Source: Oscillospiraceae bacterium
GTDB taxonomy: Bacteria > Bacillota > Clostridia > Oscillospirales > WRJC01
Direction: 5' to 3'
NCBI GenBank assembly: GCA_009780985.1
Contig: WQYZ01000002.1
Span: 1-62,691 of the forward strand
DNA length: 62,691 nucleotides
Position numbers and translations under genes: made by a program. The notes beneath the pieces were generated by a model. It was given only the letters and a program-made list of their open reading frames with translations, did no database searches and was not told the DNA's origin. Below, in pieces: positions 9,260-19,527 of the stretch. The stretch's first letter is position 1; the number at the start of each line of letters is the position of its first letter.

Positions 9260-9976
9260 TTATTTTTTATAAAACCTGTCAAAAGTAAACGGAATACCGT
9301 GTCCGGGATAGACTTTGTTAATCTGATACGTTTTTATCTTGCGAACGCTTTCGGACAACTGCTTGAAGTTCACGGCATTCGGCGCGGTTTCGGGTTTTCT
9401 TATATCTGTGAAAATATCTCCCGCGATTAAATCGTGTCCGTCCGTCCATATTCCTATCGACCCCGCCGTATGTCCGGGCAGATGAATCACCTGCGCGTCA
9501 AAACCGTATTCGCTCAGGCTGTCGCCGTCTGACAGATAAATATCGGGAGTGAATTTCCCATGCTTGTTATATTCGTCGAGAGCTTTTAACGTGATTTTTC
9601 TTATCTGTTTATTCATAACTAAAAATACGAGTTTGAATAAAATACTCCTGTACTTGAAAGATTTCATCATCATATCTATATTGGGATTTTCCACCAAATC
9701 CCTGTCGTTTTCATGTATCGCTATTTTTGCGCCGAATTGTTCTCTCAGCGTCAAAGCGTTGGCGACATGATCGTTATCGCCGTGCGTCAATACAATGAGT
9801 TTCAGATTTTCGGGAGTACACCCGTATGTTTCAAGCCACTTCAATAATTCGTCATAGCGGTTGTCAAACTTTTTATCCAAAGTCAAATGCCCGCCAGTGT
9901 CAAATAAGATAAATTTCCCGTCCTGTTTGCCGAGACAACAGTTTACGCCGTTCAGATCGATTCTGCTGATTTCCAT
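9260..9976 (-). CDS. MBL-fold metallo-hydrolase
   Basis: LTHGDNDH (HxHxDH) motif and later His/Asp ligands. The preferred start is MEISRID (9976) with a GAGAGGGA RBS, 3 nt after the PadR stop. Confidence 0.9.
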   Translation of the reverse strand: MEISRIDLNGVNCCLGKQDGKFILFDTGGHLTLDKKFDNRYDELLKWLETYGCTPENLKLIVLTHGDNDHVANALTLREQFGAKIAIHENDRDLVENPNIDMMMKSFKYRSILFKLVFLVMNKQIRKITLKALDEYNKHGKFTPDIYLSDGDSLSEYGFDAQVIHLPGHTAGSIGIWTDGHDLIAGDIFTDIRKPETAPNAVNFKQLSESVRKIKTYQINKVYPGHGIPFTFDRFYKK

Positions 9977-9978
9977 GT

Positions 9979-10530
9979 TTATTTTTCCCTCTCTATAGTT
10001 ATTAATTCTGTTAAAGGTTTTCGTTCGCGTATATGCCGGCACCATTTAATATTATCCTGAACAATGCAAATTCCGTAATAAAGAGTAGATAATTTGTAGT
10101 AAAAACACTCTTTGTTTTCCATTTTGCTGAAATGTTTTTCCAACGCCTGCAGTTTACGCAGATAATTTAAATTTTTCAATTCGTATTCCTGTAAATGCCT
10201 GTTACGGATATCCTCGGGCAGTTTGTCAAAAAAATACACTTTTACCAAATGATTATTCATGTTATCATTTAAATCTGCCGGATTTGAAAGCCATTCAAAA
10301 AATGCCTCCTTTCCTTTTTCGGTAATTTTATAGTATTTTTTCTGTCTGCCGGATTGCGGCTGTTCAGTCATTATCAAATAATCTTTTTCAGTCAGTTTTT
10401 TTAACGACGGATATAAACTGCCGTAACTCGCTTTGTAAAAACTGCCGATTCCTTTTTCAATATATTTCTTAATGTCATAACCTGTAAGCGACTCGTCGAG
10501 AACCATTCCGATGATAATAAATTCAAGCAT
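9979..10530 (-). CDS. PadR family transcriptional regulator
   Basis: GYDIKKYIE...SYGSLYPSLKKLTEKDYL winged helix. GGAGG RBS before the ATG at 10530. Confidence 0.9.
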   Translation of the reverse strand: MLEFIIIGMVLDESLTGYDIKKYIEKGIGSFYKASYGSLYPSLKKLTEKDYLIMTEQPQSGRQKKYYKITEKGKEAFFEWLSNPADLNDNMNNHLVKVYFFDKLPEDIRNRHLQEYELKNLNYLRKLQALEKHFSKMENKECFYYKLSTLYYGICIVQDNIKWCRHIRERKPLTELITIEREK

Positions 10531-10657
10531 ATAAACCTCCGATATATCGTATAGATATATTATATCAATATATTTTGTTTTTGTCAAGCGGTTTGCAAAA
10601 ATATTTATAAATATCCTACCTAAACAAACTGTTTAAAGGCAAACAACAAATTGATAA

Positions 10658-10686
10658 TTGACTTATCGCCTTTATTCAAATATAAT
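10658..10686 (+). promoter_or_regulatory. Candidate sigma-A promoter
   Basis: TTGACT-17 nt-TATAAT, about 50 nt upstream of the ATG at 10739. Confidence 0.5.
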
Positions 10687-10738
10687 ATAGTCAGCAAGCT
10701 TGTTAAAGAATAAATTTTATAGAGAGGTTGTTTATACC

Positions 10739-11851
10739 ATGCTGAAAATAGGCGAAAAAATAAAAGAACTGCGCAAAAAATTAAACGTTACGCAGGAAAA
10801 ATTTGCGGAATATCTCGACGTCACCGCGCAAGCCGTATCGCGCTGGGAGAGCGGAATTTGTTATCCCGACGTCGAGCTGTTCCCCGCGATTGCTAACTAT
10901 TTCAATATATCGCTGGACGAGCTTTTCGAGGCTGACAAAAAAGAAGAAAAAATAAAGAAAATAAAAGATGAAATATATAAAAAAGATGTACATGGTTATC
11001 CTCTTGAAGCTATAGAATTGTGCAGGAACGCGCTGAAGGAGTTCCCGAACAATTACGATATTATGAGCACTTTAATCGGTTTATTAAAGAACGACGCAAA
11101 AAAAAATAAAGATGAAATTATAGAACTTTGCGAACGGATTTTAAACGACTGCGACGACAATCAAACGAAAATACGCACTCTGCGCGATTTAACAATGTTT
11201 TATAACGCCATAAATGATTATGATAAAGCGAAATCAACCGCGGAAAAACTGCCTGATATATCAGGCGGAATAGGTATGTCGCAGGAACTATGGCTTGCGC
11301 GGGTTTTGCAGGGCGAAGAAAAGCTCTTTCAAATGAGGAACGTAATATACTGGTTAATGGAATATTTAGGAAGTGAAATTAATCATTTGGTTGTGAGGAA
11401 CCGTGATTTCTGCGGAGGTGATTATAAATCCGGTGCGAAAGAACGCATAGATATGCTTGAAAGAGCCCTTAAACTTTACGAATTGATTTTCAGCGACGGA
11501 GATTACGGATTCTATAATCTCAGATTTAAAGAAAATTACAGCGACATTACAGAGGAATATTTATATCTTGAAGATTACGACAAAGCCCTTGACTGTCTTG
11601 AAAAATCTGCGGATTATTTGATTGCTTTTGAAAATGACGAGGGAGAATATCCATATACATCGTTTTTGATTCGCGGTTATACAAACGTTGCCGGATTCTG
11701 GCACAGTTCTCCCGAAACTATGAGCTATCAGTTTATTAACGAATATCTTCTCAAAAAAGAGATTTTCGCTCCCATACGCGAACACGCAAGATTTAAGGCG
11801 GTTGTAGAGAAATTGCAACCGTATGCGAAAACCGTACAATATCAGAAATAA
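10739..11851 (+). CDS. XRE-family HTH plus TPR-like helical repeat protein
   Basis: LRKKLNVTQEKFAEYLDVTAQAVSRWE HTH followed by about 300 aa of helical repeats. Paralog of 50279-51466. Confidence 0.85.
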   Translation: MLKIGEKIKELRKKLNVTQEKFAEYLDVTAQAVSRWESGICYPDVELFPAIANYFNISLDELFEADKKEEKIKKIKDEIYKKDVHGYPLEAIELCRNALKEFPNNYDIMSTLIGLLKNDAKKNKDEIIELCERILNDCDDNQTKIRTLRDLTMFYNAINDYDKAKSTAEKLPDISGGIGMSQELWLARVLQGEEKLFQMRNVIYWLMEYLGSEINHLVVRNRDFCGGDYKSGAKERIDMLERALKLYELIFSDGDYGFYNLRFKENYSDITEEYLYLEDYDKALDCLEKSADYLIAFENDEGEYPYTSFLIRGYTNVAGFWHSSPETMSYQFINEYLLKKEIFAPIREHARFKAVVEKLQPYAKTVQYQK

Positions 11852-11856
11852 ATTTT

Positions 11857-11884
11857 GTAGGGCACGGATTAATCCGCGCCCTAC
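11857..11884. repeat. REP-like GTAG-headed palindrome between convergent genes
   Basis: GTAGGGCaCGGATTAATCCGcGCCCTAC. Confidence 0.65.
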
Positions 11885-11913
11885 GATTCAAATTTTCTGA
11901 ATTATGAAGAATT

Positions 11914-14718
11914 TTATTTAAAATCTACGGCTATCGTCACGACTTCATATGCCGGAACTTCGACCGATACAGAATTATCGCTGACTTTGAGAGGTCTTTT
12001 GTACGTCTCATTCAAGTCCACGACGATCGCTTTTACCACGTCGCGCTTGAAGTCGAGAGTTGCGGTTGAGCCTTTGCCGTTTGCGTCGTACAAACGGATT
12101 ATCACAGTCTTGCCGTCTTTTGAATCTTCCGCCGTCTTGATGGCAGAAAGTATAACGTCGCCGGACAGCTTGAAGAAACTTCCGTCAAGAGGCAAATCGC
12201 CGCCGTGTTTTGTGCCGGATATAAAGGCGATTGGGTGTACAAACTCGTCTCTGATTTTTTTCAGCGTCTGATTTTGCAAATCACCGGGTATCGCTACGCC
12301 GATTGATATGTGATGTACGCCGTATTCCGGGTACGGGTCGGGGTCGTATGACGAACGGATCAAATTGACCGAAATTGAATTGTCAACGGTTCTGAATCCG
12401 TACTTCGTATCAGTGACAACCATTACCGGCAAACCTTCGTTTGTCGCCGGAATTGCGACTGCGTAACTGTTGCCGGGCATATCATGCTTATGTTCATCTC
12501 TGTCAATACTGCCGAACGGTATGTCATATCTGTATTTATTGCTGTCAAAATCCCACCGGGTTAAGAAATTCAACTGCGGCACTCCTTCTCCGGGTCTGCC
12601 GACTTCGTGCCAATCTGCCGTAATATCAAATCTTAACGTACTACTGTTATTATCAAGAGATATTTTGACATTTACTTTTGAGTTCTTGAATTTCATATCA
12701 TACTGAACCCATTTTTTTATTCCCCACAGATTTTGGTCATATACTCGCACTTTATTTTGATTAAGATTTTCGACTTCCATATATGGACCTACTCTCCAGG
12801 CAGTCATGCCGTTTACATCGTCCTCCTGAATATAACGCAATCCCCCTGAACCAACCATAAGTAACTCTTTGCCGGTTTTCTTGTCTAATATTGAGATTAA
12901 ATACATACTATTACGGGCGAATACTGCTTTAATTTTATCGTTTTCGAGAACTATATCATCGTCCGAGAAATCGTCTTTGCGTCCGCCCCTGAATGTGTCA
13001 AGGGATAAGCCTTGACGCGGTTCTTCCGTCAGGACATACGTCGCATATCCAAGAGCCGGAATTTTTGCCATAAACGCGATTTTAAAATTGTTATGCCCCC
13101 AGTAGCCGCTTTGACCCTGAGTGAGTTTCCATTCGACTGGTGTATCGTCAGAACCCTTTACACTAAGCTGTCCAATATCGTAATTCCAGTCCCAGACGGT
13201 TATTTCAACCGGATATTCACGGTCAAATTCTGTGGAATTAAACAAATGGAATATCCTGATTTTCCCGTTGCCTCTTTCCGCTTGCGGGAACTTGAATCCC
13301 TGACCGTATTCTACCGCATATCCTACTCCGCCGCCCTCTGCGATTGCGTGTTTGTCGATTTCGACAGGAATTGCGGACGTGTCAATTTTCGACGTTATTG
13401 CGCGCAGCGCGTTTGTGACGTTTGTATTGGCAGTCGCAAGAACTTTCTGGAATTCGCCGAGAGCGTATTCCCTTGTGTCAACTATGCCGGAGCCCGGAAG
13501 TATATCGTGGAAATGGTTGAACAAAACTTTTTTCCATGCTTCTGCAAAATTCTTGGAGTACGGTTTGCCGCTGAACAGAGAGGCAAATGCGCCGATTGTT
13601 TCGGCTTCGAACAGTTTATCCTCCGATATTCTGTTTGACATTTTTATTCTCGACTGCGAAGTATAACAGCCTGTGAATACAAAGTTCAATTCCTGATTTA
13701 TTACCGGGAAATTGTCTTTGTGTGCTTCGAGTTTTTTGAAGAACTCGTGATATGTGCCGAATTTTATTGTCGGCATAACAGTCCAAGTCATCATATCCGC
13801 GATTATCTCGACATCGCGCCTCGTCGGACCGCCGCCGTGATCTCCGACGCCGTAAACTTTGAGCATAACGTCCGTGCCGTATTTTTTACAGAAATTGGGA
13901 ACGTCGAAGAACATATCGTATTCTATAGAACCGCCGTACCACCATGGGTCCTTATATACCAATACTTCCGCGCCGTTGCGGGACCGCCATCTGTATATAG
14001 TCTCGTCGTCGAATGCGCGGCAGTGATAATAGTATTTCACCCCGCCTTTATTTAATATTTCGGGGATGCTCCAGTTGTGACCGAAAGTATCGGGCTCAAA
14101 ATCAAGCTGCATAGAATCGGGTTTTACGTCCAATAATTTTGATAAATATCTTTTTGTATAGAGAATATGCCTTGCCAGCGATTCGCCGTTTGGCATATTT
14201 TTGTCCGTCTCGACCCAAGTCGAAGCCGCTATTTCCCATCTGCCCTCTTTTATGCGAGCTTTGATTTCTTCGAGCATATCAGGGTCATTTTCTTCAATTA
14301 TTTTATAAACCGATGCCTGAGACTGCGAGAATGTAAATTGCGGATATTCGTTCATCAAATCAAGCATGGTCCTGAACGTGTCGACTGTGACAGCCGCGGT
14401 TTCCTGAAATCCCCACATCCAGTTCATGTCGATGTGCGCGTGCGACACGCATATGACCGTCGTTTCTTTTGCCAGCTTTGCCATAAATTCAAGTTTCTTT
14501 TCTGCTTCCTGCGCCGCCGGAGCGGTTATTGCGCCGTTTTTGTTCATATCGGCAATCAAAGAATCGACGACGGGCTCAATTTTTACGTCGTATTTATTTC
14601 CGTGTGCCGCCGAGAGTTTGAGAGCGTATCCGATTTGGCTTGAAATTCGGGACGCATGATAATTGCCGTGGGATAAATTCTTTAATAAAACAAGTTTATC
14701 AGTAAGAGATAATGCCAT
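11914..14718 (-). CDS. GH38 alpha-mannosidase
   Basis: HAHIDMNWMW metal site and a GH38 core (GRWEI..TWVETD.N.P.GESL). The ATG at 14718 is preceded by GAGGAGG. Confidence 0.92.
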   Translation of the reverse strand: MALSLTDKLVLLKNLSHGNYHASRISSQIGYALKLSAAHGNKYDVKIEPVVDSLIADMNKNGAITAPAAQEAEKKLEFMAKLAKETTVICVSHAHIDMNWMWGFQETAAVTVDTFRTMLDLMNEYPQFTFSQSQASVYKIIEENDPDMLEEIKARIKEGRWEIAASTWVETDKNMPNGESLARHILYTKRYLSKLLDVKPDSMQLDFEPDTFGHNWSIPEILNKGGVKYYYHCRAFDDETIYRWRSRNGAEVLVYKDPWWYGGSIEYDMFFDVPNFCKKYGTDVMLKVYGVGDHGGGPTRRDVEIIADMMTWTVMPTIKFGTYHEFFKKLEAHKDNFPVINQELNFVFTGCYTSQSRIKMSNRISEDKLFEAETIGAFASLFSGKPYSKNFAEAWKKVLFNHFHDILPGSGIVDTREYALGEFQKVLATANTNVTNALRAITSKIDTSAIPVEIDKHAIAEGGGVGYAVEYGQGFKFPQAERGNGKIRIFHLFNSTEFDREYPVEITVWDWNYDIGQLSVKGSDDTPVEWKLTQGQSGYWGHNNFKIAFMAKIPALGYATYVLTEEPRQGLSLDTFRGGRKDDFSDDDIVLENDKIKAVFARNSMYLISILDKKTGKELLMVGSGGLRYIQEDDVNGMTAWRVGPYMEVENLNQNKVRVYDQNLWGIKKWVQYDMKFKNSKVNVKISLDNNSSTLRFDITADWHEVGRPGEGVPQLNFLTRWDFDSNKYRYDIPFGSIDRDEHKHDMPGNSYAVAIPATNEGLPVMVVTDTKYGFRTVDNSISVNLIRSSYDPDPYPEYGVHHISIGVAIPGDLQNQTLKKIRDEFVHPIAFISGTKHGGDLPLDGSFFKLSGDVILSAIKTAEDSKDGKTVIIRLYDANGKGSTATLDFKRDVVKAIVVDLNETYKRPLKVSDNSVSVEVPAYEVVTIAVDFK

Positions 14719-14949
14719 AATTAAAATCCTCCTCAAAATTTTTATAATTCAAATTAAATTACCAGCAAAAATTTAAGATTCAAGATTATTTTACCAGAAA
14801 GATTATACAAAATCAAGCTAAAATATGAAATTTTGGCAATAAAATAAAAAATTTTCAGTTTTACAAAAAAATACATAAAATATGTGGAAAAAAATATTTT
14901 TTTGTGTTAAAATAATATAAAAAAACTATCCAGAGAGAAAAATTTATTT

Positions 14950-16203
14950 ATGAAAAACTATGATCTGCAAACCCCTGCTAAATCAACCGCCGGTAAAAAA
15001 CAGGATAAAATATTGGACGCCGCCATTTATCTTATTGTAATTATAACTATGGTTATGTTTTGTCCTTTGATATATATGTTTGCAAGCAATTATTCAAGCA
15101 GTAATATTTCCGCGCAGAACAGTAACGATAATTCAAACGGCGGAATTTCCAAAACCCGAAAATATACGGTTACTGAAAATGAATTAGATATTTCAGGATT
15201 AAAAAACACAGTATACGGGGACTTGAATTTAATCGCAGCTAAAGTGACAGACGACGGGAGAGATATTTTATTTTGCGGCGCGGCAAACAGCGTTTTTAAA
15301 ATAGCCGTAATTAATCCGGCTGAAACAGGCGGTGACGCACACAGTATTGCTATATATCAGTCCGCGCTTAAATATAATTTATATCAAAGCGTATCCGCCA
15401 AGGATTATACGTATAAAGATTACAGCGACGGAACTTTCTTTTTTTCCAACGATAAAACCGCTTTTTTATTTGACATGAATCAGATGAGGATAACTTCGAG
15501 TTACAACCTGCCGTCAAATTACCACATATATCAGACCGCTTTATCGAACGCCAAAGACAGAATTGCAATCGCGGCGGAAGAAGGTTTTTTTGTATGCGCG
15601 TCAAATGCGTTGATTACATCAAGCCCCAATCCGGCGGACATCAAAGAGCTTATTTCGACATATGTAAACGCGGGCGGCGTAAAAAATTCGGCAAGATACC
15701 CGTTTTGGTCAAACGGAGATCAATATATATATTATAAAATGTGCGCGGACAATTATGTCAAAAACGCCGGAATGACGACCGGTGTCCTCGGCGGAAACGA
15801 ACAGCTTACTTCGCTTGAATGTACTGATTTCCTGTTTTTAAACAATGATTTTATATTCTATTATTTTTCCACAAACAGCGAAACGAGCCCTGAAAATCTG
15901 TTCAGATGCGGATATTTTACCGTTTCCGATAAAAAGATGACCGACATTATGAAATCGCAGGTTTATTATTTTGATATAAACGTCAGTTCAAACGGAACAC
16001 ATCTTGCGGCATTATCTCATAACGGAAACATGGTAAAAATAAGCATCATAGATATACACACTAAAAAACTGATATATTCTTCACTGTACGATGATATTTA
16101 TGACTACTCATTTTCGCCGAACGAAAAAAATCTTATAATCTACGGCAAAAAAGACGGCAAAGATATTTTGAGCGTAATACAAATAGATTGGACGGAAGAA
16201 TAA
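14950..16203 (+). CDS. Membrane-anchored hypothetical protein, possibly a TolB/PD40-like beta-propeller
   Basis: N-terminal TM helix. C-terminal segments such as SSNGTHLAALSHNG and FSPNEKNLIIYGKKDG resemble PD40 repeats, but weakly. Confidence 0.7.
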   Translation: MKNYDLQTPAKSTAGKKQDKILDAAIYLIVIITMVMFCPLIYMFASNYSSSNISAQNSNDNSNGGISKTRKYTVTENELDISGLKNTVYGDLNLIAAKVTDDGRDILFCGAANSVFKIAVINPAETGGDAHSIAIYQSALKYNLYQSVSAKDYTYKDYSDGTFFFSNDKTAFLFDMNQMRITSSYNLPSNYHIYQTALSNAKDRIAIAAEEGFFVCASNALITSSPNPADIKELISTYVNAGGVKNSARYPFWSNGDQYIYYKMCADNYVKNAGMTTGVLGGNEQLTSLECTDFLFLNNDFIFYYFSTNSETSPENLFRCGYFTVSDKKMTDIMKSQVYYFDINVSSNGTHLAALSHNGNMVKISIIDIHTKKLIYSSLYDDIYDYSFSPNEKNLIIYGKKDGKDILSVIQIDWTEE

Positions 16204-16257
16204 TTCAGAATGTGGAAAGCGGGATTCGAAATTAATATTTAAAATGGAGAATTAAGA

Positions 16258-16707
16258 ATGGAGAAAGATAAAATACGCATATTGGTTATAGACGGTCAGG
16301 GCGGCGGGCTTGGAAAGAGTATTGTCGAACAGATAGCGCAGATAAAACAGTCAAAAAAAATGAATGAATTAAAAGATTTTGAGATAACCGCCGCAGGGAC
16401 AAATTCTGTCGCGGCGTCATCAATGCTCAAAGCGGGAGCGGATATTGCCGCATCGGGCGAAAATGCCGTCGTTTACAATTCAAAAAAATCGGATATAATA
16501 ACCGGCGCAGTTGGGATATGCTTCGCGTACTCTATGCACGGGGAAATAAGCCCCAATATAGCAAACGCAGTATGCGAAAGCGACGCCGTTAAGATTTTGA
16601 TTCCTATATCGAAATGCAATATAAATATAATGGGAGTGACAGATAAACCTATGGCGCAGTATATATCGGAAGCAGTTGAGAAGATAAGGGAATTTTTGAA
16701 AGTATAG
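16258..16707 (+). CDS. DUF3842-like protein
   Basis: N-terminal ILVIDGQGGGLGKSIVEQI motif, about 150 aa. Confidence 0.75.
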   Translation: MEKDKIRILVIDGQGGGLGKSIVEQIAQIKQSKKMNELKDFEITAAGTNSVAASSMLKAGADIAASGENAVVYNSKKSDIITGAVGICFAYSMHGEISPNIANAVCESDAVKILIPISKCNINIMGVTDKPMAQYISEAVEKIREFLKV

Positions 16708-16724
16708 TTATCATATAATATATT

Positions 16725-16887
16725 AGACCACCCCGTCGTCGTTTTCCTCGCCATAAATGGCTCGACGACGCCACCCCTCCCCAGAGGGGAATTTGGTACA
16801 ACTTCCAAATGTTAGACAAAATTCCCCTCTGGGGAGGGGTGGCAAACGCCACAAACGCAGTTTGTGTAGCGTTTGACGGGGTGGTCT
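16725..16887. repeat. Compound GC-rich palindromic element (13-bp terminal inverted repeats enclosing three hairpins)
   Basis: AGACCACCCCGTC pairs with GACGGGGTGGTCT. The inner element has a perfect 25-bp stem, GCCACCCCTCCCCAGAGGGGAATTT / AAATTCCCCTCTGGGGAGGGGTGGC, flanked by two smaller hairpins. Confidence 0.8.
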
Positions 16888-16940
16888 GTTTTAATATCCA
16901 AAAACAATAAAAACGGGAGAATTAGGAGCATTATTTAAAC

Positions 16941-18398
16941 ATGAGAAATAATTACGGAAATATCAGGACGCTGCAAAATTTCAGGGATTTTATAAAAGAT
17001 AAAAGCGTATCGGTAGTCGGAATAGCAATAAGCAATATTTCACTCATGAAATTTCTATGCAAATGCGGAGTTAAAAAAATAACGGCAAGAGACAGAAAAG
17101 ATATTTTTGCGGACGGCAATATCCCTGAGTTGGACGAATTGGGAAAAGAAAATGTCGAAATAAACTATATTTTGGGCGAAAATTATTTGGATAACTTAAC
17201 GGAAGATTTAATCTTCAAAACCCCCGCAATACGGCGCGACTTACAGCCGTTTATTGACGCAGAGAAAAACGGACAAACTGTCACGAGCGAAATGGAACTG
17301 TTTTTTATGCTGTGTCCGGCAAAAACAGTCGCGGTAACCGGAAGCGCGGGTAAAACGACTACGACGACAATTATCGGCGAAATTTTGAAAAACGGCGGTA
17401 AAAAAGTTTATGTCGGCGGGAATATAGGCGTGCCGCTTTTAGGCGAAATCGAAAATATAACAAAAGATGATTATGTTGTCGTCGAACTCTCGTCGTTTCA
17501 GTTATTTGACCTGAATAATAGCAGCTTTGCGCCGAACTATGCAATTATAACCAATATAACGCCGAATCATCTGGACTGGCATAAAGATATGACGGAATAC
17601 GCAGAGGCGAAAAAAGTCATATTTAAGAATCAACAAGCATCCGACAGAATTATTTTGAGTTACGACGACGATTTGACAAGGAGCTTTAAAAACGACGTTA
17701 ATGCGACGGCGTATTTATTTTCAATGGATTTACTGCCGGAAGAATACAAAAACGGGATTTACTGCAAAGACAATTCTATTTTTGTGCGCGAAAACGGCGT
17801 TGAGAAAAAAATCATGGACAAAAGCGATATTTTTATCAGGGGCGGGCATAATGTCAAAAATTTCATGGCGGCAATCGGCGTTACATATGATATTGTCAGT
17901 GCGGACGCGATTAAAGCGACCGCGAATACATTCGGCGGGGTCGAGCACAGAATAGAGTTTGTGCGCGATGCCGACGGTATATCTTATTATAATTCGTCGA
18001 TAGATTCAGCGCCGACAAGAACAATCGCCGCGCTGAATTATTTTGACAGACCCGGCGAAGATAAGAAAATAATAGTCATACTCGGCGGCAAGGATAAAAA
18101 AGTATCGTTTGACCCGCTTGCCCCTGTTGTTTATAAAAAGGCAAAAGCCGCAGTTTTATACGGCGCGACGAGAGAAACAATAAAAAAGTGCTTGGACGAT
18201 TACAGCGAAAACAATCCGGATTGCGAAGATTTGGATTTGCGTATAGCCGACAGTTTTGATTCCGCCGTAATGACGGCGAAAGAATTGGCATGTGCGGGCG
18301 ATATAGTCCTGTTGTCCCCCGCATGTACATCGTTTGACTGCTTCAAAAACTTCGAGGAACGCGGGAACAGGTTTAAGGAGTTGGTGAGGGGATTCTAA
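16941..18398 (+). CDS. murD: UDP-N-acetylmuramoylalanine--D-glutamate ligase
   Basis: VTGSAGKTTTT P-loop, ITNITPNHLDWH and GGVEHR motifs. Confidence 0.93.
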   Translation: MRNNYGNIRTLQNFRDFIKDKSVSVVGIAISNISLMKFLCKCGVKKITARDRKDIFADGNIPELDELGKENVEINYILGENYLDNLTEDLIFKTPAIRRDLQPFIDAEKNGQTVTSEMELFFMLCPAKTVAVTGSAGKTTTTTIIGEILKNGGKKVYVGGNIGVPLLGEIENITKDDYVVVELSSFQLFDLNNSSFAPNYAIITNITPNHLDWHKDMTEYAEAKKVIFKNQQASDRIILSYDDDLTRSFKNDVNATAYLFSMDLLPEEYKNGIYCKDNSIFVRENGVEKKIMDKSDIFIRGGHNVKNFMAAIGVTYDIVSADAIKATANTFGGVEHRIEFVRDADGISYYNSSIDSAPTRTIAALNYFDRPGEDKKIIVILGGKDKKVSFDPLAPVVYKKAKAAVLYGATRETIKKCLDDYSENNPDCEDLDLRIADSFDSAVMTAKELACAGDIVLLSPACTSFDCFKNFEERGNRFKELVRGF

Positions 18399-18427
18399 AT
18401 TGTGAAAATTTATAAGGAGTTATTATT

Positions 18428-19510
18428 ATGGAAATAAAATCGTTGATTGAAAAGTTTTCGCATGTCGTATCTGTTACAGGATACGAATACATGGCGGAAA
18501 CGGCAATAAAAAAAATAATAGACGAAGATTTTCAAGGAGTTTTCGACGAAGTTTCTTTCGATAAACTTGGCAGCTGCCGTTTGGTGAAAAAAGGCGTGAG
18601 AAAAATCGGCGGCGTAAAAAAAATCATGCTCGACGCGCATATCGACCAAATCGGTCTTGTTGTGACAGAAATCTTGGACGGCGGATTTCTGAGAGTTAAA
18701 CAGCTCGGCGGCATTGACAACAACATCCTGATTGCATCTGAATTTTACGTTTACACCAAAAGTTTCGACGACGAAAATCCGTTTATATTTTCGGCTGAAA
18801 ACAGAATACCAGCAATAGCCGTAAGCGTACCGCCTCATCTGAAAAAGACAAAAGGCGACGAACTACCCAAAATTGAGGATTTGTATCTTGACACGGGTTA
18901 CGATTCAAAGAAAGACCTTGAAAAAATCGTGAAAGTCGGCTGTCCGGTGAGTTTTAAGTCCGACTTTCTGAGCCTTGAAAACAATCTTGTCTCGTCCGTC
19001 GGTCTTGACGACAGACTGTGCGCCTTAACTCTCATGCTCGCGGTGAAATCGCTGAAAAGCCTGCCCGACGCCGATGTTCATATAGTTTTGAGCGTGAGCG
19101 AAGAAACCGGCGGTCCCGGCGCGGCAACTGCGGCGTTTGACATACAGCCGGATTTTGCCGCCGTTCTGGATGTGGGATTTGCAAAAGTCCCCGAAGTTGA
19201 CGCGGGGGCGTTTGAGATATGCAAAGGCGCGGGCATATCGTATTCTGCGGCGACCAATATGAATCTGACGAAAAAAGTTATAGCTATTGCCAAAGAGAAA
19301 AAAATTCCCATACAGCCTATCGCCGAGCCGCGAAGCACCGGCACAAACGCCGACGAAATTCAGATAACAGGCGAAGGAATACCATGCGTACTTATCTCTG
19401 TTCCAGTAAAAAATATGCACACGTTTAACGAGATATGTTCCGTGCAGGACGTAGAGAGTACGGCAAAACTTGTGGCTGAGATTATAGAAAACGCAGGGAA
19501 ATTGATTTAA
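18428..19510 (+). CDS. M42 family metallopeptidase
   Basis: DAHIDQIGLVV, SVSEETGGPGA and PVKNMHT motifs. Confidence 0.9.
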   Translation: MEIKSLIEKFSHVVSVTGYEYMAETAIKKIIDEDFQGVFDEVSFDKLGSCRLVKKGVRKIGGVKKIMLDAHIDQIGLVVTEILDGGFLRVKQLGGIDNNILIASEFYVYTKSFDDENPFIFSAENRIPAIAVSVPPHLKKTKGDELPKIEDLYLDTGYDSKKDLEKIVKVGCPVSFKSDFLSLENNLVSSVGLDDRLCALTLMLAVKSLKSLPDADVHIVLSVSEETGGPGAATAAFDIQPDFAAVLDVGFAKVPEVDAGAFEICKGAGISYSAATNMNLTKKVIAIAKEKKIPIQPIAEPRSTGTNADEIQITGEGIPCVLISVPVKNMHTFNEICSVQDVESTAKLVAEIIENAGKLI

Positions 19511-19527
19511 GAGGTGAAATAACCAGC

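Noticed and set aside
12441-14659. Several long plus-strand ORFs (for example 13012-13638 and 14167-14643) antisense to the GH38 gene. Similar antisense ORFs lie inside lexA, GH2, the M42 genes, lnt and others.
   Set aside because: They are shadow ORFs inside strongly supported genes. Their products have low-complexity or Cys/Arg/Phe-rich composition with no motifs and no RBS.
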